From positions 6,176,001 through 6,240,000 of the forward strand of contig OZ250169.1 in the NCBI GenBank assembly GCA_965237955.1: a stretch of 64,000 nt of DNA, given 5' to 3'. The notes beneath the pieces are model-generated. The model did not search any database. It was not told the origin of the DNA and worked only from the letters and a program-made list of their open reading frames with translations. This DNA comes from Candidatus Marinacidobacterales bacterium (GTDB taxonomy: Bacteria; Acidobacteriota; Vicinamibacteria; Marinacidobacterales; SMYC01). The translations under genes and the position numbers were made by a program. Below, piece by piece: positions 38,524 through 49,653 of the stretch. Position 1 is the stretch's first letter. Every line of letters begins with the position of its first letter.

Positions 38524-39444
38524 CTATCGATCTCCACTCAACCCAGCCGGTCCAAGAGCTTTCTCGATCTCGGGAGCGAGGATCTCTTGTGACTGGAAGT
38601 TGACGAAGTGTTTCACGATCGTGCCCGACCCGTTGACCAAGAAAATCGTCGGGAAAATGTTGACGTTTCCGAGCGAGGCACGAACCTCGTCGGTGAGATG
38701 CAAGTTGACGTAGTTCGTTCCGACTTTTTCCGCATACTCGGCGCGGTAAGCGTCATCGTATTTGAGCTTCAGAATCGTGTCCGCGTTCAGACCGAGAACG
38801 GCGAACCCCTTGCTTTCGTATTTGTCCTGAAGTGCGATGAGCTCGGGAGCAATTTTCACGCACGGAGGGCAATTCGTGAACCACACGTAGACGAGAACCA
38901 CCTTGCCCGAATACTGCCCGAGACTGGTTTCCTCTCCGGCGAAGCTCGTGCCCGAGACGGCATGGATGCGTTTCCCTTCCCAACCCGTAAGCGTCCGCTC
39001 GACGGCTTGGTTGAAACGATCGTCCGCTTTAACTGCCTCTTTGTTGATACCGGTCAGCTCGCCTGTTTGCGGGTCGCGCTCAACGAAATTCTTCGGCATG
39101 CGTGGATCGGCTTCCATGACCGAAAGAACGACCGAGGCTTCTTCGGGACCGTAAAACGCGAACTGGCCCGAGATCTCATCGAGTGTCGGCATGCGACCTT
39201 CGCGGCCTTCGAACTCCATGATGAAGAGCGGGATGCGGAAAAAGGCGTTGGTAAGTTTGTCGAGAGCCGCACGCTCCTCGGGCGACGTGAACACTTCGTT
39301 GTAGAACTGCGAGACGACGAGCCTCTCACCAGGCTTCGCGTTCTCTTTGATGTAATTGATGATGCGCCGCTCGGCGTCTTCCGTGTCTTGAGCGAACGCA
39401 CCCACACTCACCGAGAGCGCAAGTGCACATACAAAAAGCCGCAT
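38524..39444 (-). CDS. Secreted TlpA/redoxin family protein
   Basis: Signal peptide; GKVVLVYVWFTNCPPC; FPTIFLVNGSG. Confidence 0.88.
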   Translation of the reverse strand: MRLFVCALALSVSVGAFAQDTEDAERRIINYIKENAKPGERLVVSQFYNEVFTSPEERAALDKLTNAFFRIPLFIMEFEGREGRMPTLDEISGQFAFYGPEEASVVLSVMEADPRMPKNFVERDPQTGELTGINKEAVKADDRFNQAVERTLTGWEGKRIHAVSGTSFAGEETSLGQYSGKVVLVYVWFTNCPPCVKIAPELIALQDKYESKGFAVLGLNADTILKLKYDDAYRAEYAEKVGTNYVNLHLTDEVRASLGNVNIFPTIFLVNGSGTIVKHFVNFQSQEILAPEIEKALGPAGLSGDR

Positions 39445-39663
39445 ACTAACTCCTTACTTTGATGGGACAATACTCCTATCGCGTCCGCCATCTTAGCCAC
39501 GGACCTCTCGCCAGGCAACTCGTCCCCCCTTTTTCATCCTGTTTGCCACCCGGATTCGAGATTGACCTCTAATGTGGACGGACAGACGCTGTAAACTGCT
39601 CAAACTAAATGAAGTAACCCCGGCACGCGTCTTGCTATTCCAGGAGCTTGAGAGGAGGGCGTC

Positions 39664-40661
39664 ATGAAGAAACTGGCCTTCGCGTTTTTCTTCCTCACCG
39701 GGCTCACCGGGCAAGCGCTGGCGAAAGAGCGCCTGAAGCTCGACGGATACGCCGAGTGGCACCACGACGATGTCCTCATCGTCGAAGGTCAGCGTGTCCA
39801 CGCGACCGATCGGACCCTTTTCGTTGGCGATACTTTGGCTCGCGAGCTCGAATCAATCCCGCTCGGCTACGAAGTCAAAGTCGATGGCTACCGCAACGCC
39901 GACGGGTCCGTGCTGGCACGAAGGGTCGAAGCGAAACGAAACGGCTCGGCAATGTTCGAAGGCCAGCTCAGCTCGGCGTTCGAGGCGACCGAGAACGAAT
40001 GGCGTCGACGAGGCTATGTCTACGAAGAGAACGGACAGCGCCTCGGCGAGCTGTTCGAGGATGGGCCCGACGTCGAGCGTGTGCGACGCATCATGGATCG
40101 ATTGGTGCCGCCATCACGCCAAGCGAGCGAGTTTCGCTCCTACGTGATCAAAAACGACGCGTGGAACGCCATGGCAGCCCCGAACGGATCGGTATTCTTA
40201 TTCACCGGGCTGTTGCGCGACATGGACGACGACGAGGTGGCGGTCATCTTGGGTCACGAGCTCGTTCACACGACGCATGAGCACTCGCGCCGGCAGTACA
40301 AGCGCAATATGTGGACCCAATTGGGCCTCGCAGGGATTCTCGCCGCCAGCGAGAGCCGCGGTTCGAGCTGCGACAACCGCGGGACGTCTCTCGAGACTGG
40401 CCTCCAAACCGTGCCGTTCTCGGCGCCCTGGCGTTCCAGAATCGCTACAGCCGCCAGCATGAAGATCAAGCCGATCGCGTGGGCCTGCGCTACGCGTACG
40501 AGGCGGGGTACGACGTTTCGAAAGCGCCCGATCTGTGGCGTCGGTTCGCTCGCAAGTACGGCGGCCAGGCGGAGGCCCTGAACTTCTTCTTCGGGACGCA
40601 CTCGACGCCGGGCGCGCGCGCTCGAAATATAGAGCGAGAGCTCCGGCGTAACTATCGCTAA
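39664..40661 (+). CDS. M48 metallopeptidase with N-terminal DUF5666-like domain, frameshifted near 40400
   Basis: NAMAAPNG..FTGLL, LGHELVH, YSRQHEDQADRVG, FFGTH. Confidence 0.87.
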
Positions 40662-40739
40662 AAGGGCGCTAAAGTTCTGCGATTCGCCCCGCGACACGTC
40701 GCAAATTGCTAGAATCCCCTCATTCCGGAGGTGTCACCC

Positions 40740-41384
40740 ATGCCGTTTCGTTTGGCCGCAATCATCATCGTGGTTCTACTTCAATTGTTCGCGGCCGCAA
40801 ATCTCGCCGAAGCTCAGCGCCAAAAGGGCAAAATCGGCGGTGGCGGAGGCTTCGCCTTCCTCACCGATCCCGATATCGACGTCGGCAGCACCGCGTCCTT
40901 CGGCGGCTTTTTCGGCCTGAGGTTCAACGACAATTTGAGTCTCGAGGGCGGACTCTATTTCGTGCGCTCCAATCGCGTCTTCAACGAATTCGACGTCCCC
41001 ATCGACAAGACCCCGGATACGCCGGCATTTCGCTTCGAGACGACTCGTTATCATGCGGATGGAGTACTGGTGGTCAACATCGGCCGGCGCCAACCGTTCC
41101 ATCCGTTCGTTCTCTTCGGCGGAGGGGTCGAGCGTCGCGACGATAAGCAGACCGACTTCACTTTCGAGCTCGACCCCGATACCGGCCTACCCCTACCCCT
41201 ATCCGCCGAGTTGGAGGTCGTCCTCAACGAGACGAAGTACCTGCCCACGGCGATTGTCGGAGGCGGCGCCGAGATCTATTTCATGTACAACCTCGCAGCC
41301 CGCGCCGAATTCCGATTGTGGATGCCGCAGGACTGGGACCAGCGCACTTTCATATTTTTCTTCGCCGCGACTTATTACTTCTAG
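40740..41384 (+). CDS. Outer-membrane beta-barrel protein
   Basis: Signal peptide, alternating beta strands, HPFVLFGGG, terminal YYF. Confidence 0.8.
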   Translation: MPFRLAAIIIVVLLQLFAAANLAEAQRQKGKIGGGGGFAFLTDPDIDVGSTASFGGFFGLRFNDNLSLEGGLYFVRSNRVFNEFDVPIDKTPDTPAFRFETTRYHADGVLVVNIGRRQPFHPFVLFGGGVERRDDKQTDFTFELDPDTGLPLPLSAELEVVLNETKYLPTAIVGGGAEIYFMYNLAARAEFRLWMPQDWDQRTFIFFFAATYYF

Positions 41385-42415
41385 CGTGCGAGCTTCTTTT
41401 TCAAAAAGCGCGCAATCCTGAGACCGTCCATCCAATTGAACGGAAACTTCGCCGTCGTATAGTGCCCGCAAGGGAGCTCGTAGACGTCATGGTCAATCTC
41501 GAGCTTCTGGAAATCCCGGAGCAGCTCGCGCGACAGGTCCGGCGGGAACGAGAGATCGTAACGGCCATAGATTAGAAGCGATGGGCAACGGCGACGGGCC
41601 AGGTGCTCGTAGTAGCTGAACGGGCTCAGCGGCAGCCACAGTGTGCGTAGCTCATCGAGCTCCACTCCCCGTTCCAGGCCCTGCCGCACTTGCCGCGTCG
41701 AGATGCCACGCCAAACCACATCGGCGAAATAGGGCGAGATGTGATTGAAGACAGCGGCTTCGAGACGTGGCTCGTGCGCGTTGACGGTGAATGCGATCGC
41801 CGAGCCGAGACTCGTACCGACGATGCCAAGCGGACCGTAGCCCGACGTTTCAAGCCATGTGACCGCGGCACGGGCGTCGAGAACGGCCTGCCGGCACGAT
41901 TGCAGCGTCCTTCCTACGTTCGGGCTCAGAGTGAAGTCTGCCCGTACCAATCCTTCGGGCATGCGCCGCTCGTGATACGGCAGCACGAGCTTGAGCGCGG
42001 TCACGCCGAAGCGGTTGAGGAGTCGGCACAGACCGTCCTGAGCTCCCTCTTTCGCATTCCAATGCGGCAGCACGACGACCGCGGGGCCTTCTGACGTGGC
42101 CGCCGCAGGGTAAAACTTCGCATGGACGCGATCATTCCGAGCGACGCCGGTTGGCGCCGGCGACGTGAACGTCAGGTCGTCGTCTTCGAGCAGAAAGTCC
42201 GAGACAGGAGGAAGCTCGAAATAGGCGTCACTTTCGGCGAGCGCGTGCCGCACGTGCTCGTGGAGCGTCTCGCGCGGATCGGCCCCATTCCCGGTGTTGG
42301 TCCACGCGCGAAAGCTCGGCAGAAACTCCGGGCCCCAGTCGAAAGGTAGAATGCGACGCTCGAAGTCGTCGGTGATCGCGAGCCTGCGCTCCCAGGCGTG
42401 GAAAAGACTCTGCAT
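41381..42415 (-). CDS. Alpha/beta hydrolase (ABHD18-like)
   Basis: VVVLPHWN, LPYHERR, GTSLG nucleophile elbow, YD, LPCGHYT. Confidence 0.85.
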   Translation of the reverse strand: MQSLFHAWERRLAITDDFERRILPFDWGPEFLPSFRAWTNTGNGADPRETLHEHVRHALAESDAYFELPPVSDFLLEDDDLTFTSPAPTGVARNDRVHAKFYPAAATSEGPAVVVLPHWNAKEGAQDGLCRLLNRFGVTALKLVLPYHERRMPEGLVRADFTLSPNVGRTLQSCRQAVLDARAAVTWLETSGYGPLGIVGTSLGSAIAFTVNAHEPRLEAAVFNHISPYFADVVWRGISTRQVRQGLERGVELDELRTLWLPLSPFSYYEHLARRRCPSLLIYGRYDLSFPPDLSRELLRDFQKLEIDHDVYELPCGHYTTAKFPFNWMDGLRIARFLKKKLAR

Positions 42416-42577
42416 CAAGTCTTCAGTCGTGGGGCTCGCTGTAGTCGCGTAGCATCTTTTTGAGCTCCAGTTGATGGAACTCCTCCTGGCCAATCATCGT
42501 GCGCGCAAACTCTTCCAGGCAAACCCGCCGATTTTTTCCCCGTGTCCAGCTCGCGCATAGATGGATTCTATGCCAAT

Positions 42578-42718
42578 TCGGCCATCAGCCACCAGCCGTC
42601 AGCCATCAGCAGGTCGAGTTGTCCTCGCCTCGGGACGGAACAGTCCGAGCGCAACGCCATTGCTCCGTCTTCGGTGAAAGCAACTCAGCTCTGCTGATGG
42701 CTGATGGCCGATGGCTGG
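42578..42718. repeat. Inverted-repeat element with heptameric GCCATCA arms
   Basis: gccatcagcc...agccatcagcagg.cgagttg pairs with caactcagctctgctgatggctgatggccgatggc. Confidence 0.8.
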
Positions 42719-42732
42719 ATCCGGTTACACGC

Positions 42733-43413
42733 TCAAGTGCGGGCGAACTCTTTGGCGAGTGCGTCTTGAATAATGACGTTCTTGCCGGCGATCTCGATGT
42801 AGCCCTGGCGGTGCAGGTCGCTGATCATACGGGAAACTGTCTCTCGCGTCGCGCCGATCATGTTCGCGATTTCCTGATGCGTCGGGCGACGAAACGTAAC
42901 GCGCCCGTCGGCCTGACGGGTGCCATCCTCGCTCGCCATCTCCAGGAGAATCCGAGCGACTCTCCCGTACACGTCGTGGAGCGCGAGGTTTCCGATCTGC
43001 TGGTTCGCCTTGCGAAGGCGCGACGACAGGACCGACAACAGGTTGATGAGAACGCGCGGCCGTTTTTCGACGATCGAGAGGAAGTCGCGCTGGTGGAGCA
43101 CGACCATTTCTGTTTCCTGGAGGGCGATAGCCGTGGCAGAGCGAGGCTCATTGTCGAGCAAGCTCATCTCGCCGAAGAAGTTGGCATCCGACAACATGGC
43201 GAGGATGATCTCCCGGCCATCGTCCGAAAGGATGGTGACTTTGACACGACCGGAGAGGATCATGAACAGAGCGTCCCCGACGTCGTTCTCGAAGAAAATC
43301 ACTCCATCTTTGGGATACTTGCGTCGATTGGCGACGGCGATGAGGCTCTCCAAATCCTCGTCTTCCAGCCCCGCGAACAACGGCACCTGGCGGAAGAGCT
43401 CGGCGGATACCAT
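42733..43413 (-). CDS. Crp/Fnr family transcriptional regulator
   Basis: FFGEMSLLDNEPRSATA; THQEIANMIGATRETVSR. Confidence 0.95.
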   Translation of the reverse strand: MVSAELFRQVPLFAGLEDEDLESLIAVANRRKYPKDGVIFFENDVGDALFMILSGRVKVTILSDDGREIILAMLSDANFFGEMSLLDNEPRSATAIALQETEMVVLHQRDFLSIVEKRPRVLINLLSVLSSRLRKANQQIGNLALHDVYGRVARILLEMASEDGTRQADGRVTFRRPTHQEIANMIGATRETVSRMISDLHRQGYIEIAGKNVIIQDALAKEFART

Positions 43414-43510
43414 TCTTGCCCCCCTTTGGGTATGACGCTTGTGGATGTAGGGCTATTGTATGCGAGTGTGGGACCTGTTCACCAACACGACCCCCTATGA
43501 CACGAGTCGC

Positions 43511-44872
43511 TCATGGCGTCAGGTGCGCCGCGAGCGCTTCGACCGCGGATACCGCCGCTGCCCCGCTCACGAATCCTTGCGGCTCGAAATCACCGTTCTC
43601 GCTCACCATGAGGAGACCGAGCGACACCGCGAGCGCCGCCGCTTCGTAGCGCGGGTTCGACAAACCGAGGTCGGGAAAATTCTGCTCGAAACGTGACGAG
43701 TCCAGGGCTCGGCGATAGGCCTCCGGGGCCAAACGCTCGAGGGCGCGAGCCAGAGCTTCGGATAGCTCGAGACGGCGCACGAACCCCTGAGGTTGAAACG
43801 TGTGGTTCGGGTACACTTCGAGAATCCCGACACCGAGCACACGGCGGATGAAGGTGGACGCCCAGTTGGTACCGATATCAGTCGCAATGACACTCGCACC
43901 TTCGGGAACCCTGTCGAACGCGCTTCTGAGCTCCAGGTAGAAGAGCGCGGCGAGCGCGGCGCGCGTCACCCGTTCGGCGTCTCGAATCTCGAGGTAATCA
44001 GGTGGTAGGTTCTCCTCCTCGTACTCGCGCTCGATCGACTCCAATCGCTGTCGGATCTCGACGTCCGTGGGACTGAGCTCGACCGCCATCCGATACGCTT
44101 CGTAGGCACCAGCGAGCTCCCCACCCGCGTAGTGAGCTTCACCGAGGATGCGGTACGCGTTCGCGTTTTCGGATTCGAGCTCCGTCGCTCGATCCGCGTG
44201 GCGCACCGCGCGATCCGTCAAACCGGCACCGAGCTCGGCCTCCGCTGCCTCCAGATAGAGCGCGCCCACTTCAGGTGCGGCCTCGAGCGCCATCAGGTAC
44301 GCAGCGGCCGCCTCGCTGAATCGTCCTTCTCGGTTCAGGCCCCGCGCTGTCGCCACTCGAGATTCGGCGACGTTGACCCGGAGTGTGGTCTGGTAGCGGT
44401 CCACGAGCGGATGCTGCGGGTAGTTGCGCTCGAGCCGTGCCAAGCGATCGTATGCGAGCTCGTCATTCCCGGACGCGAGCGCGGCAAGGACATAGCCGCC
44501 CTGCGCGGGACCGTAGGTAGGCCGCTCCCGGAGCGCCGTCTGGAAGTAGCGCTCGGCGGCGGGCACACTCCCGAGCCGGAGCTCCAAATAGCCTCGAGCA
44601 GTCGCGATCTCCGGGTTCCGGCCGTAACGTCGGCTCAGACTCTCGAGCTCGGAAGCCGCGGCGCGGAGGTTCCCTTGCTGCACGTCCCGCCAGCCCTCTT
44701 CGAAGTCTTGCTGTTGGCCCGAAGAGAGATCTGGCGGTGGCTCGAGCGCCAGCCCCTGAACGATGTCCCACGCGGGCACGGTCGCGGCCGTATAGTCTCG
44801 CTTGGCTCCGCACCCGGCCCACCCGACGAGTGGTAGCGTCAGGAGAATCCCGAGAAAAATGCGTTCTTTCAG
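43511..44872 (-). CDS. TPR + SLH-domain lipoprotein
   Basis: In-frame upstream signal LKERIFLGILLTLPLVGWAGC; TPRs; SLH motifs TDIGTNWA...YPNHTFQP..VRR; start uncertain (CTG 44872 or GTG 44779). Confidence 0.8.
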   Translation of the reverse strand: MKERIFLGILLTLPLVGWAGCGAKRDYTAATVPAWDIVQGLALEPPPDLSSGQQQDFEEGWRDVQQGNLRAAASELESLSRRYGRNPEIATARGYLELRLGSVPAAERYFQTALRERPTYGPAQGGYVLAALASGNDELAYDRLARLERNYPQHPLVDRYQTTLRVNVAESRVATARGLNREGRFSEAAAAYLMALEAAPEVGALYLEAAEAELGAGLTDRAVRHADRATELESENANAYRILGEAHYAGGELAGAYEAYRMAVELSPTDVEIRQRLESIEREYEEENLPPDYLEIRDAERVTRAALAALFYLELRSAFDRVPEGASVIATDIGTNWASTFIRRVLGVGILEVYPNHTFQPQGFVRRLELSEALARALERLAPEAYRRALDSSRFEQNFPDLGLSNPRYEAAALAVSLGLLMVSENGDFEPQGFVSGAAAVSAVEALAAHLTP

Positions 44873-44947
44873 CGTTCTAAATCTCGATTTCCAGTGGTTA
44901 AAATCGCCGCAAGTTGAAGTCCATTCTAACTTTGCGCCGACACCCAG

Positions 44948-45559
44948 TCAAGATCGTTTAACGTCCCGAAAAGCAATCGCTCCCTCGCGGACGAGCTCCA
45001 GTTTACCGGAGGTGACGTCCACGATCGTCGAGGCGAGGCCGCCGGAGGTAGCGCCCCCGTCCAACACGAGATCCACGGAACCGCCGAGCTGGGCGAGGAC
45101 CTCGTCCGCGGTCGTCGCGGGAGGCGCTCCGCTGACGTTGGCGCTCGTCGCCGTTACTGGACCAGCGATTGCCGCGAGCTCTCGTGCGAGCGGCAACGAG
45201 CTCACGCGGACGGCTATGGTTCCGGTCTCGGAGGCCGCCGCAACCGTTGCTCTGGCGGGTACGATGAGCGTCAGCGGACCGGGCCAGAACCGTGTCGAAA
45301 GCTCGCTCACCAGCGCGGGGATTTCGCTCGCCACTCTCTCGAGCTGCTCGATGCCCGACACGATGCAAGGGAGCGCTTTCGTCGACGGCCGGGCCTTGAT
45401 CTCGAAAACGCGTTCACACGCGACCTGGTCGAAGACCGAAACCGCGAGCCCGTAGAACGTCTCCGTCGGCAGGGCCACGACACCGTGCTCATCGAGCACA
45501 CTACGTGCTTGGGCCAGAACATCCCTTTGTGGCTGTTCAGTATCCACGGACAGGCGCAC
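44948..45559 (-). CDS. tsaC: L-threonylcarbamoyladenylate synthase (TsaC/Sua5)
   Basis: ALPTETFYGL, IKARP, FWPGPLT, TSANVSG, STIVD, REGAI. Confidence 0.93.
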   Translation of the reverse strand: MRLSVDTEQPQRDVLAQARSVLDEHGVVALPTETFYGLAVSVFDQVACERVFEIKARPSTKALPCIVSGIEQLERVASEIPALVSELSTRFWPGPLTLIVPARATVAAASETGTIAVRVSSLPLARELAAIAGPVTATSANVSGAPPATTADEVLAQLGGSVDLVLDGGATSGGLASTIVDVTSGKLELVREGAIAFRDVKRS

Positions 45560-45700
45560 GCGACATGCTATACCCCGTTCCGATGTTTATGAACCGGTGA
45601 CAGGCCCGCAAGTCCTGTGATCGGTCGCCGTGCGGAGAGTAGAGGTCCCCATCGGAACGGGGTATACTCGATCGCAACTCCTATCGACTCCACTTTTTCT

Positions 45701-47194
45701 ATGAGCATTCGCCCAGGGCGGTTTCTGTCCATTGCGATCGTCGTCGTCTGGGGTGTTCTCCTCGGTGTCCACATCTCACGAAGTTACGCGCGTCGGGGCG
45801 CCACCGAGCTCATCGATTTCTCGGCATCGGCGTCGGCACCGGACGCCGAGCTCACCCAACGAGGTATGTTCTATCGCGGCGCCAGGATCGGTTTCATCCG
45901 CGAGCGGGTCACACCGCTCGAAGATGGCTACCGCGTCGAGCAGACGGGTGACCTCACCCTCACCGTCCTCGGGCGGGAGCGCCGGATGAGGATCGAGGGC
46001 TCGGCGGAGACCGGCACGAACGGCGAGCTGCGCGGATTTTCGTTTCGTCTGTCCACCTCGTCGCAGCAGTCGCTGTTCGAGACGACCGTTTTCGGGACGG
46101 TCGAAGGCGACGAGCTCGTGTTGAACATCAGCTCGCCGCGTTCGGAAAGGACGGAACGGCGGCCTCTCGACGAGCCCATCGTCTTGCCGTTGAACCTCTA
46201 CTACTCGCTCGCGGCACACGGGTGGACGACGGGAGAATCCTACCGGGTTCGCTTGTTCGACCCGATGACGCTCACGGAGGGAGAAGCGATCATCGATGTC
46301 AAGGAGCTCGAGATCGTGCGCTGGGGCGGACGAGAAGAAGAAGCCTACCGACTGCAAACGACGTTCGCCGGACTCACCACCACCGCGTGGGTCAACGAAA
46401 GCGGCGAAGTGCTTCGAGAAGAAACACCGCTCGGGTGGACGCTTCGCAAAGAAGCACCGGGGAGCAGCCTTCAAGCCCAAAGCGCGGGTGCGCCTCATGC
46501 TCCCGACGTGATGCTGCAATCGGCGATACCGGCTCTCGGCTTCGCCGGCGACGCGTCGAAGCTTTCATCGGCAAAGCTGAAGCTCGTCAACTTTCCCGAC
46601 GGCCCTGATAGTTTCATGGGGCTCGACGGCGGACGGCAACGCTTCACCGACGGCGTGGTCGAGATCACCGTCGAAGCCGCACCCTACAGAGGTTCGAGAC
46701 GGTTGCCGGAGGTCGAGCGTGGCGAAGCTCTCGCCGCGGACGCTTTCATTCAATCCGACGACGATCGGATCATCGCGCAGTCCGAGAAGTTGACAAAACG
46801 ATTGAACGCCGTCGAGAAGGCCAAAGTTCTCAGCGATTGGGTGTACGTCAGCTTGACGAAATCGCCAACACTGTCCCTTCCGAGCGCTACCGAAGTTCTC
46901 GAGCAGCGCGTCGGCGATTGCAACGAGCACGCGGTTCTCTACACCGCTCTCTCACGCGCGGCCGGGCTTCCCACACGCCTGAGCACGGGACTCGCGTACA
47001 CAGGCGGCCAGTTCTACTACCACGCGTGGCCGGAGGTGTGGCTGGGACGTTGGGTCGCGGTCGATCCGACGTTAGGTCAATTCCCGGCGGACCCGTTCCA
47101 CATACGTCTCCTGACGGGCGGGATCGAGACACAGTATGAAGTCCTCAGTCTGCTCGGACGGGGGGCGACGATCGAAGTCATGGAGATACGATGA
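45701..47194 (+). CDS. Membrane-anchored transglutaminase-like protein
   Basis: N-terminal TM; GDCNEH, YHAWPEVW, VDPT (Cys-His-Asp triad). Confidence 0.9.
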   Translation: MSIRPGRFLSIAIVVVWGVLLGVHISRSYARRGATELIDFSASASAPDAELTQRGMFYRGARIGFIRERVTPLEDGYRVEQTGDLTLTVLGRERRMRIEGSAETGTNGELRGFSFRLSTSSQQSLFETTVFGTVEGDELVLNISSPRSERTERRPLDEPIVLPLNLYYSLAAHGWTTGESYRVRLFDPMTLTEGEAIIDVKELEIVRWGGREEEAYRLQTTFAGLTTTAWVNESGEVLREETPLGWTLRKEAPGSSLQAQSAGAPHAPDVMLQSAIPALGFAGDASKLSSAKLKLVNFPDGPDSFMGLDGGRQRFTDGVVEITVEAAPYRGSRRLPEVERGEALAADAFIQSDDDRIIAQSEKLTKRLNAVEKAKVLSDWVYVSLTKSPTLSLPSATEVLEQRVGDCNEHAVLYTALSRAAGLPTRLSTGLAYTGGQFYYHAWPEVWLGRWVAVDPTLGQFPADPFHIRLLTGGIETQYEVLSLLGRGATIEVMEIR

Positions 47195-47946
47195 TCCGAC
47201 TGTCAGGGGTGCACAAGCGCTACGGGGCGAACGAGGCGGTCAAGAACCTGTCGCTGCACGTACCCGCGGGCGAGCTGTTCGGTTTTCTCGGCCCGAACGG
47301 TGCAGGCAAGACGACCACGATCAAAATGATCGCGGGCCTGCTCCAACCGACGTCGGGAAGCATCTTTCTCGCCGGCCACGACCTGAAGCGCGAACCGGTC
47401 AAGGCCAAAGCGGCGCTCGGGTTCATTCCCGACCGCCCGTTCCTCTACGAAAAACTCTCTGCCACCGAGTTCCTACTCTTCGTCGCCGGAATCTACGGAT
47501 TCGACGGTAACGGGTTGAACGGACGTATCGATGAGCTTCTGACGCTCGTCGAGCTCAACCACGTGCGCACCGAGCTCATCGAGAGTTTCTCCCACGGTAT
47601 GAAGCAGCGGCTTGTGATGGCGGCCGCGTTCGTCCACGAGCCCAAAGTGCTCGTCGTGGACGAACCGATGGTCGGACTCGACCCAAAAGGCGCACGCCTC
47701 ATCAAGCGTGTGTTCCGGGAGTACTGCGCAAAAGGAAATACCATCTTCGTCTCCACCCATACGCTCGAAGTCGCGCAGGAGCTCTGCGATCGAATCGGCA
47801 TCATCGTGAACGGCGAGCTGGTGGAGTGCGGGACGATGGACGAGCTCAAGTCCCGTGCGCAGACCGACGAGCACGACCTCGAGCACATTTTTTTGAAGCT
47901 CACCGGCGGCGATGGCTTCAAAGAAGCGCAGGACGTCCACGATTGA
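47191..47946 (+). CDS. ABC transporter ATP-binding protein
   Basis: GPNGAGKTT, FSHGMKQR, VDEP. Confidence 0.95.
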   Translation: MIRLSGVHKRYGANEAVKNLSLHVPAGELFGFLGPNGAGKTTTIKMIAGLLQPTSGSIFLAGHDLKREPVKAKAALGFIPDRPFLYEKLSATEFLLFVAGIYGFDGNGLNGRIDELLTLVELNHVRTELIESFSHGMKQRLVMAAAFVHEPKVLVVDEPMVGLDPKGARLIKRVFREYCAKGNTIFVSTHTLEVAQELCDRIGIIVNGELVECGTMDELKSRAQTDEHDLEHIFLKLTGGDGFKEAQDVHD

Positions 47947-49653
47947 GCTTCGAGTTCACGCCAAAGCAGATTCTGGCTCTCCTGGTGCCGTCGTGGCAGG
48001 GCATCCGGAACCAACGGCGCAACGCGGGTAAGGGCGAGTTTTTTCGCATCGCGATGTTCGGCTCGATCACGTTTGTCTTCGGTCTTTTCGTGTTCGGAGG
48101 CTTCTATCGGATGCTTCTCTACATTGGGCGGTTCTCCGAATTCACCGCGCCTCTCACCAATCAGATTCTGGATACGGTGTCAACGTTCATTCTCACCGTG
48201 CTCTTCGCCAGTACCGTGATCACAGGCACTCTCGACGCAATATCTTTCGGAAGATCTATCACTTCTCGTTAGCAGTCCGGTGCCGCTCCCGGCGCTCTAC
48301 GCATCCCGGCTGGTGATAACCGGGGTCCAGTCTTCGTGGATGGTGCTGCTGTTCAGCGTTCCGATTTACGTGGCGTTCGCGATCACCGCTCCGGCACCGT
48401 GGCAGTTCTTGCTGGCGGTGGCGCTCGCGCTCATTCCACTCGTGGTCATCGCGGTTTCCGTTGGCACCATGGTGACATCGGTGTTGATGGCGGTGTTCCC
48501 CTCGCGACGCGTGCGCGAGCTGCTCGTTCTTCTCGGCGCGCTCTTCGTGGTTCTCCTGGTGTTCCTCATTCGCGTCCAGCAACCCGAGAGGCTCTTGAAC
48601 CCGCGCTCGATCTACGACGTTACCGAGTTCTTTCGAGCGTTTAAAACCCCGTCATCCCCGATGCTGCCGAGCGCGTGGGCGACGAGCCTTCTCATCGCCG
48701 GACGACGTGCGGAGCCTCTCCTGACGATGCCTCTCGCACTCCTTCTAAGCACGGCTTCGGCGACGGTGGTGATGGGAAGCTGGCTCGCGCGTGGTGTCTA
48801 TCTTCGCGGATACACGCGGTCACAGGAGTCACGACCGGCTCGCCTCTCCTCGTTACCCGTCGTCGATCGAGTCCTCGAGAACATCGCCCGGCCGTTCGAG
48901 CCACAGTTCCGCTCGCTCCTCCTCAAAGACCTTCGCACCTTCGCACGGGATACCACCCAGTGGTCGCAGCTTCTTCTGTTGCTCGCTCTGGTCGTCGTTT
49001 ATTTCTACAACTTCAGTGTGCTTCCGTCGAACTTCACGTTCGCGACGTTTTTTCTTCAAAACCTGTTCTCGTTCCTCAATCTCGGACTCGCGGGGTTCGT
49101 CTTGTCCGCCGTCGCGGTGCGCTTCGTGTTCCCGTCGATTTCCGCCGAAGGGCGCGCGTATTGGATCGTGCGCTCATCGCCGCTCACCACGAGCCAGTTC
49201 TTGTGGAGCAAGTTCTGGACGGCGCTACCGCCGCTTATCGTCCTCTCGCAGATCTTGACGTGGGCATCGAACCACTTCCTCGGCGCCTCAACGTTCATGA
49301 CCGTCCTTTCCGCGGTGACCATCCTGTTCGTCACCTTCGGCATCGTCGGTCTCGGGGTCGGGCTGGGCGCGGCGTTCCCGAAGTTCAAGTTCGAGAACGT
49401 GACCCAGATCGCGGGAAGCTCGGGCGGCGTTCTCTATATGATGGCCGCGTCGACGTTCGTGGCAACGGTCCTTTTCTTGGAAGCGTTTCCGGCGTATTTC
49501 TACTTGAGCGCGCAGTACCGCGGGGTACCGCTCGACTCTCGCGGGGTCATGGTCATCGCCGGCGGGCTGAGCGTTATCGTCGTTTTGAACGTGCTCGCCG
49601 TTTGGCTTCCGATGCGTTGGGGCGGCCGCCGGTTGGCGGCGATGGAGATTTGA
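47943..49653 (+). CDS. Putative ABC-2 type permease, frameshift near 48230
   Basis: Multiple TMs, KDLRTFARDTTQWSQ, FPSISAEG..W..RSSP; N-terminal part in ORF 47826..48272. Confidence 0.85.
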
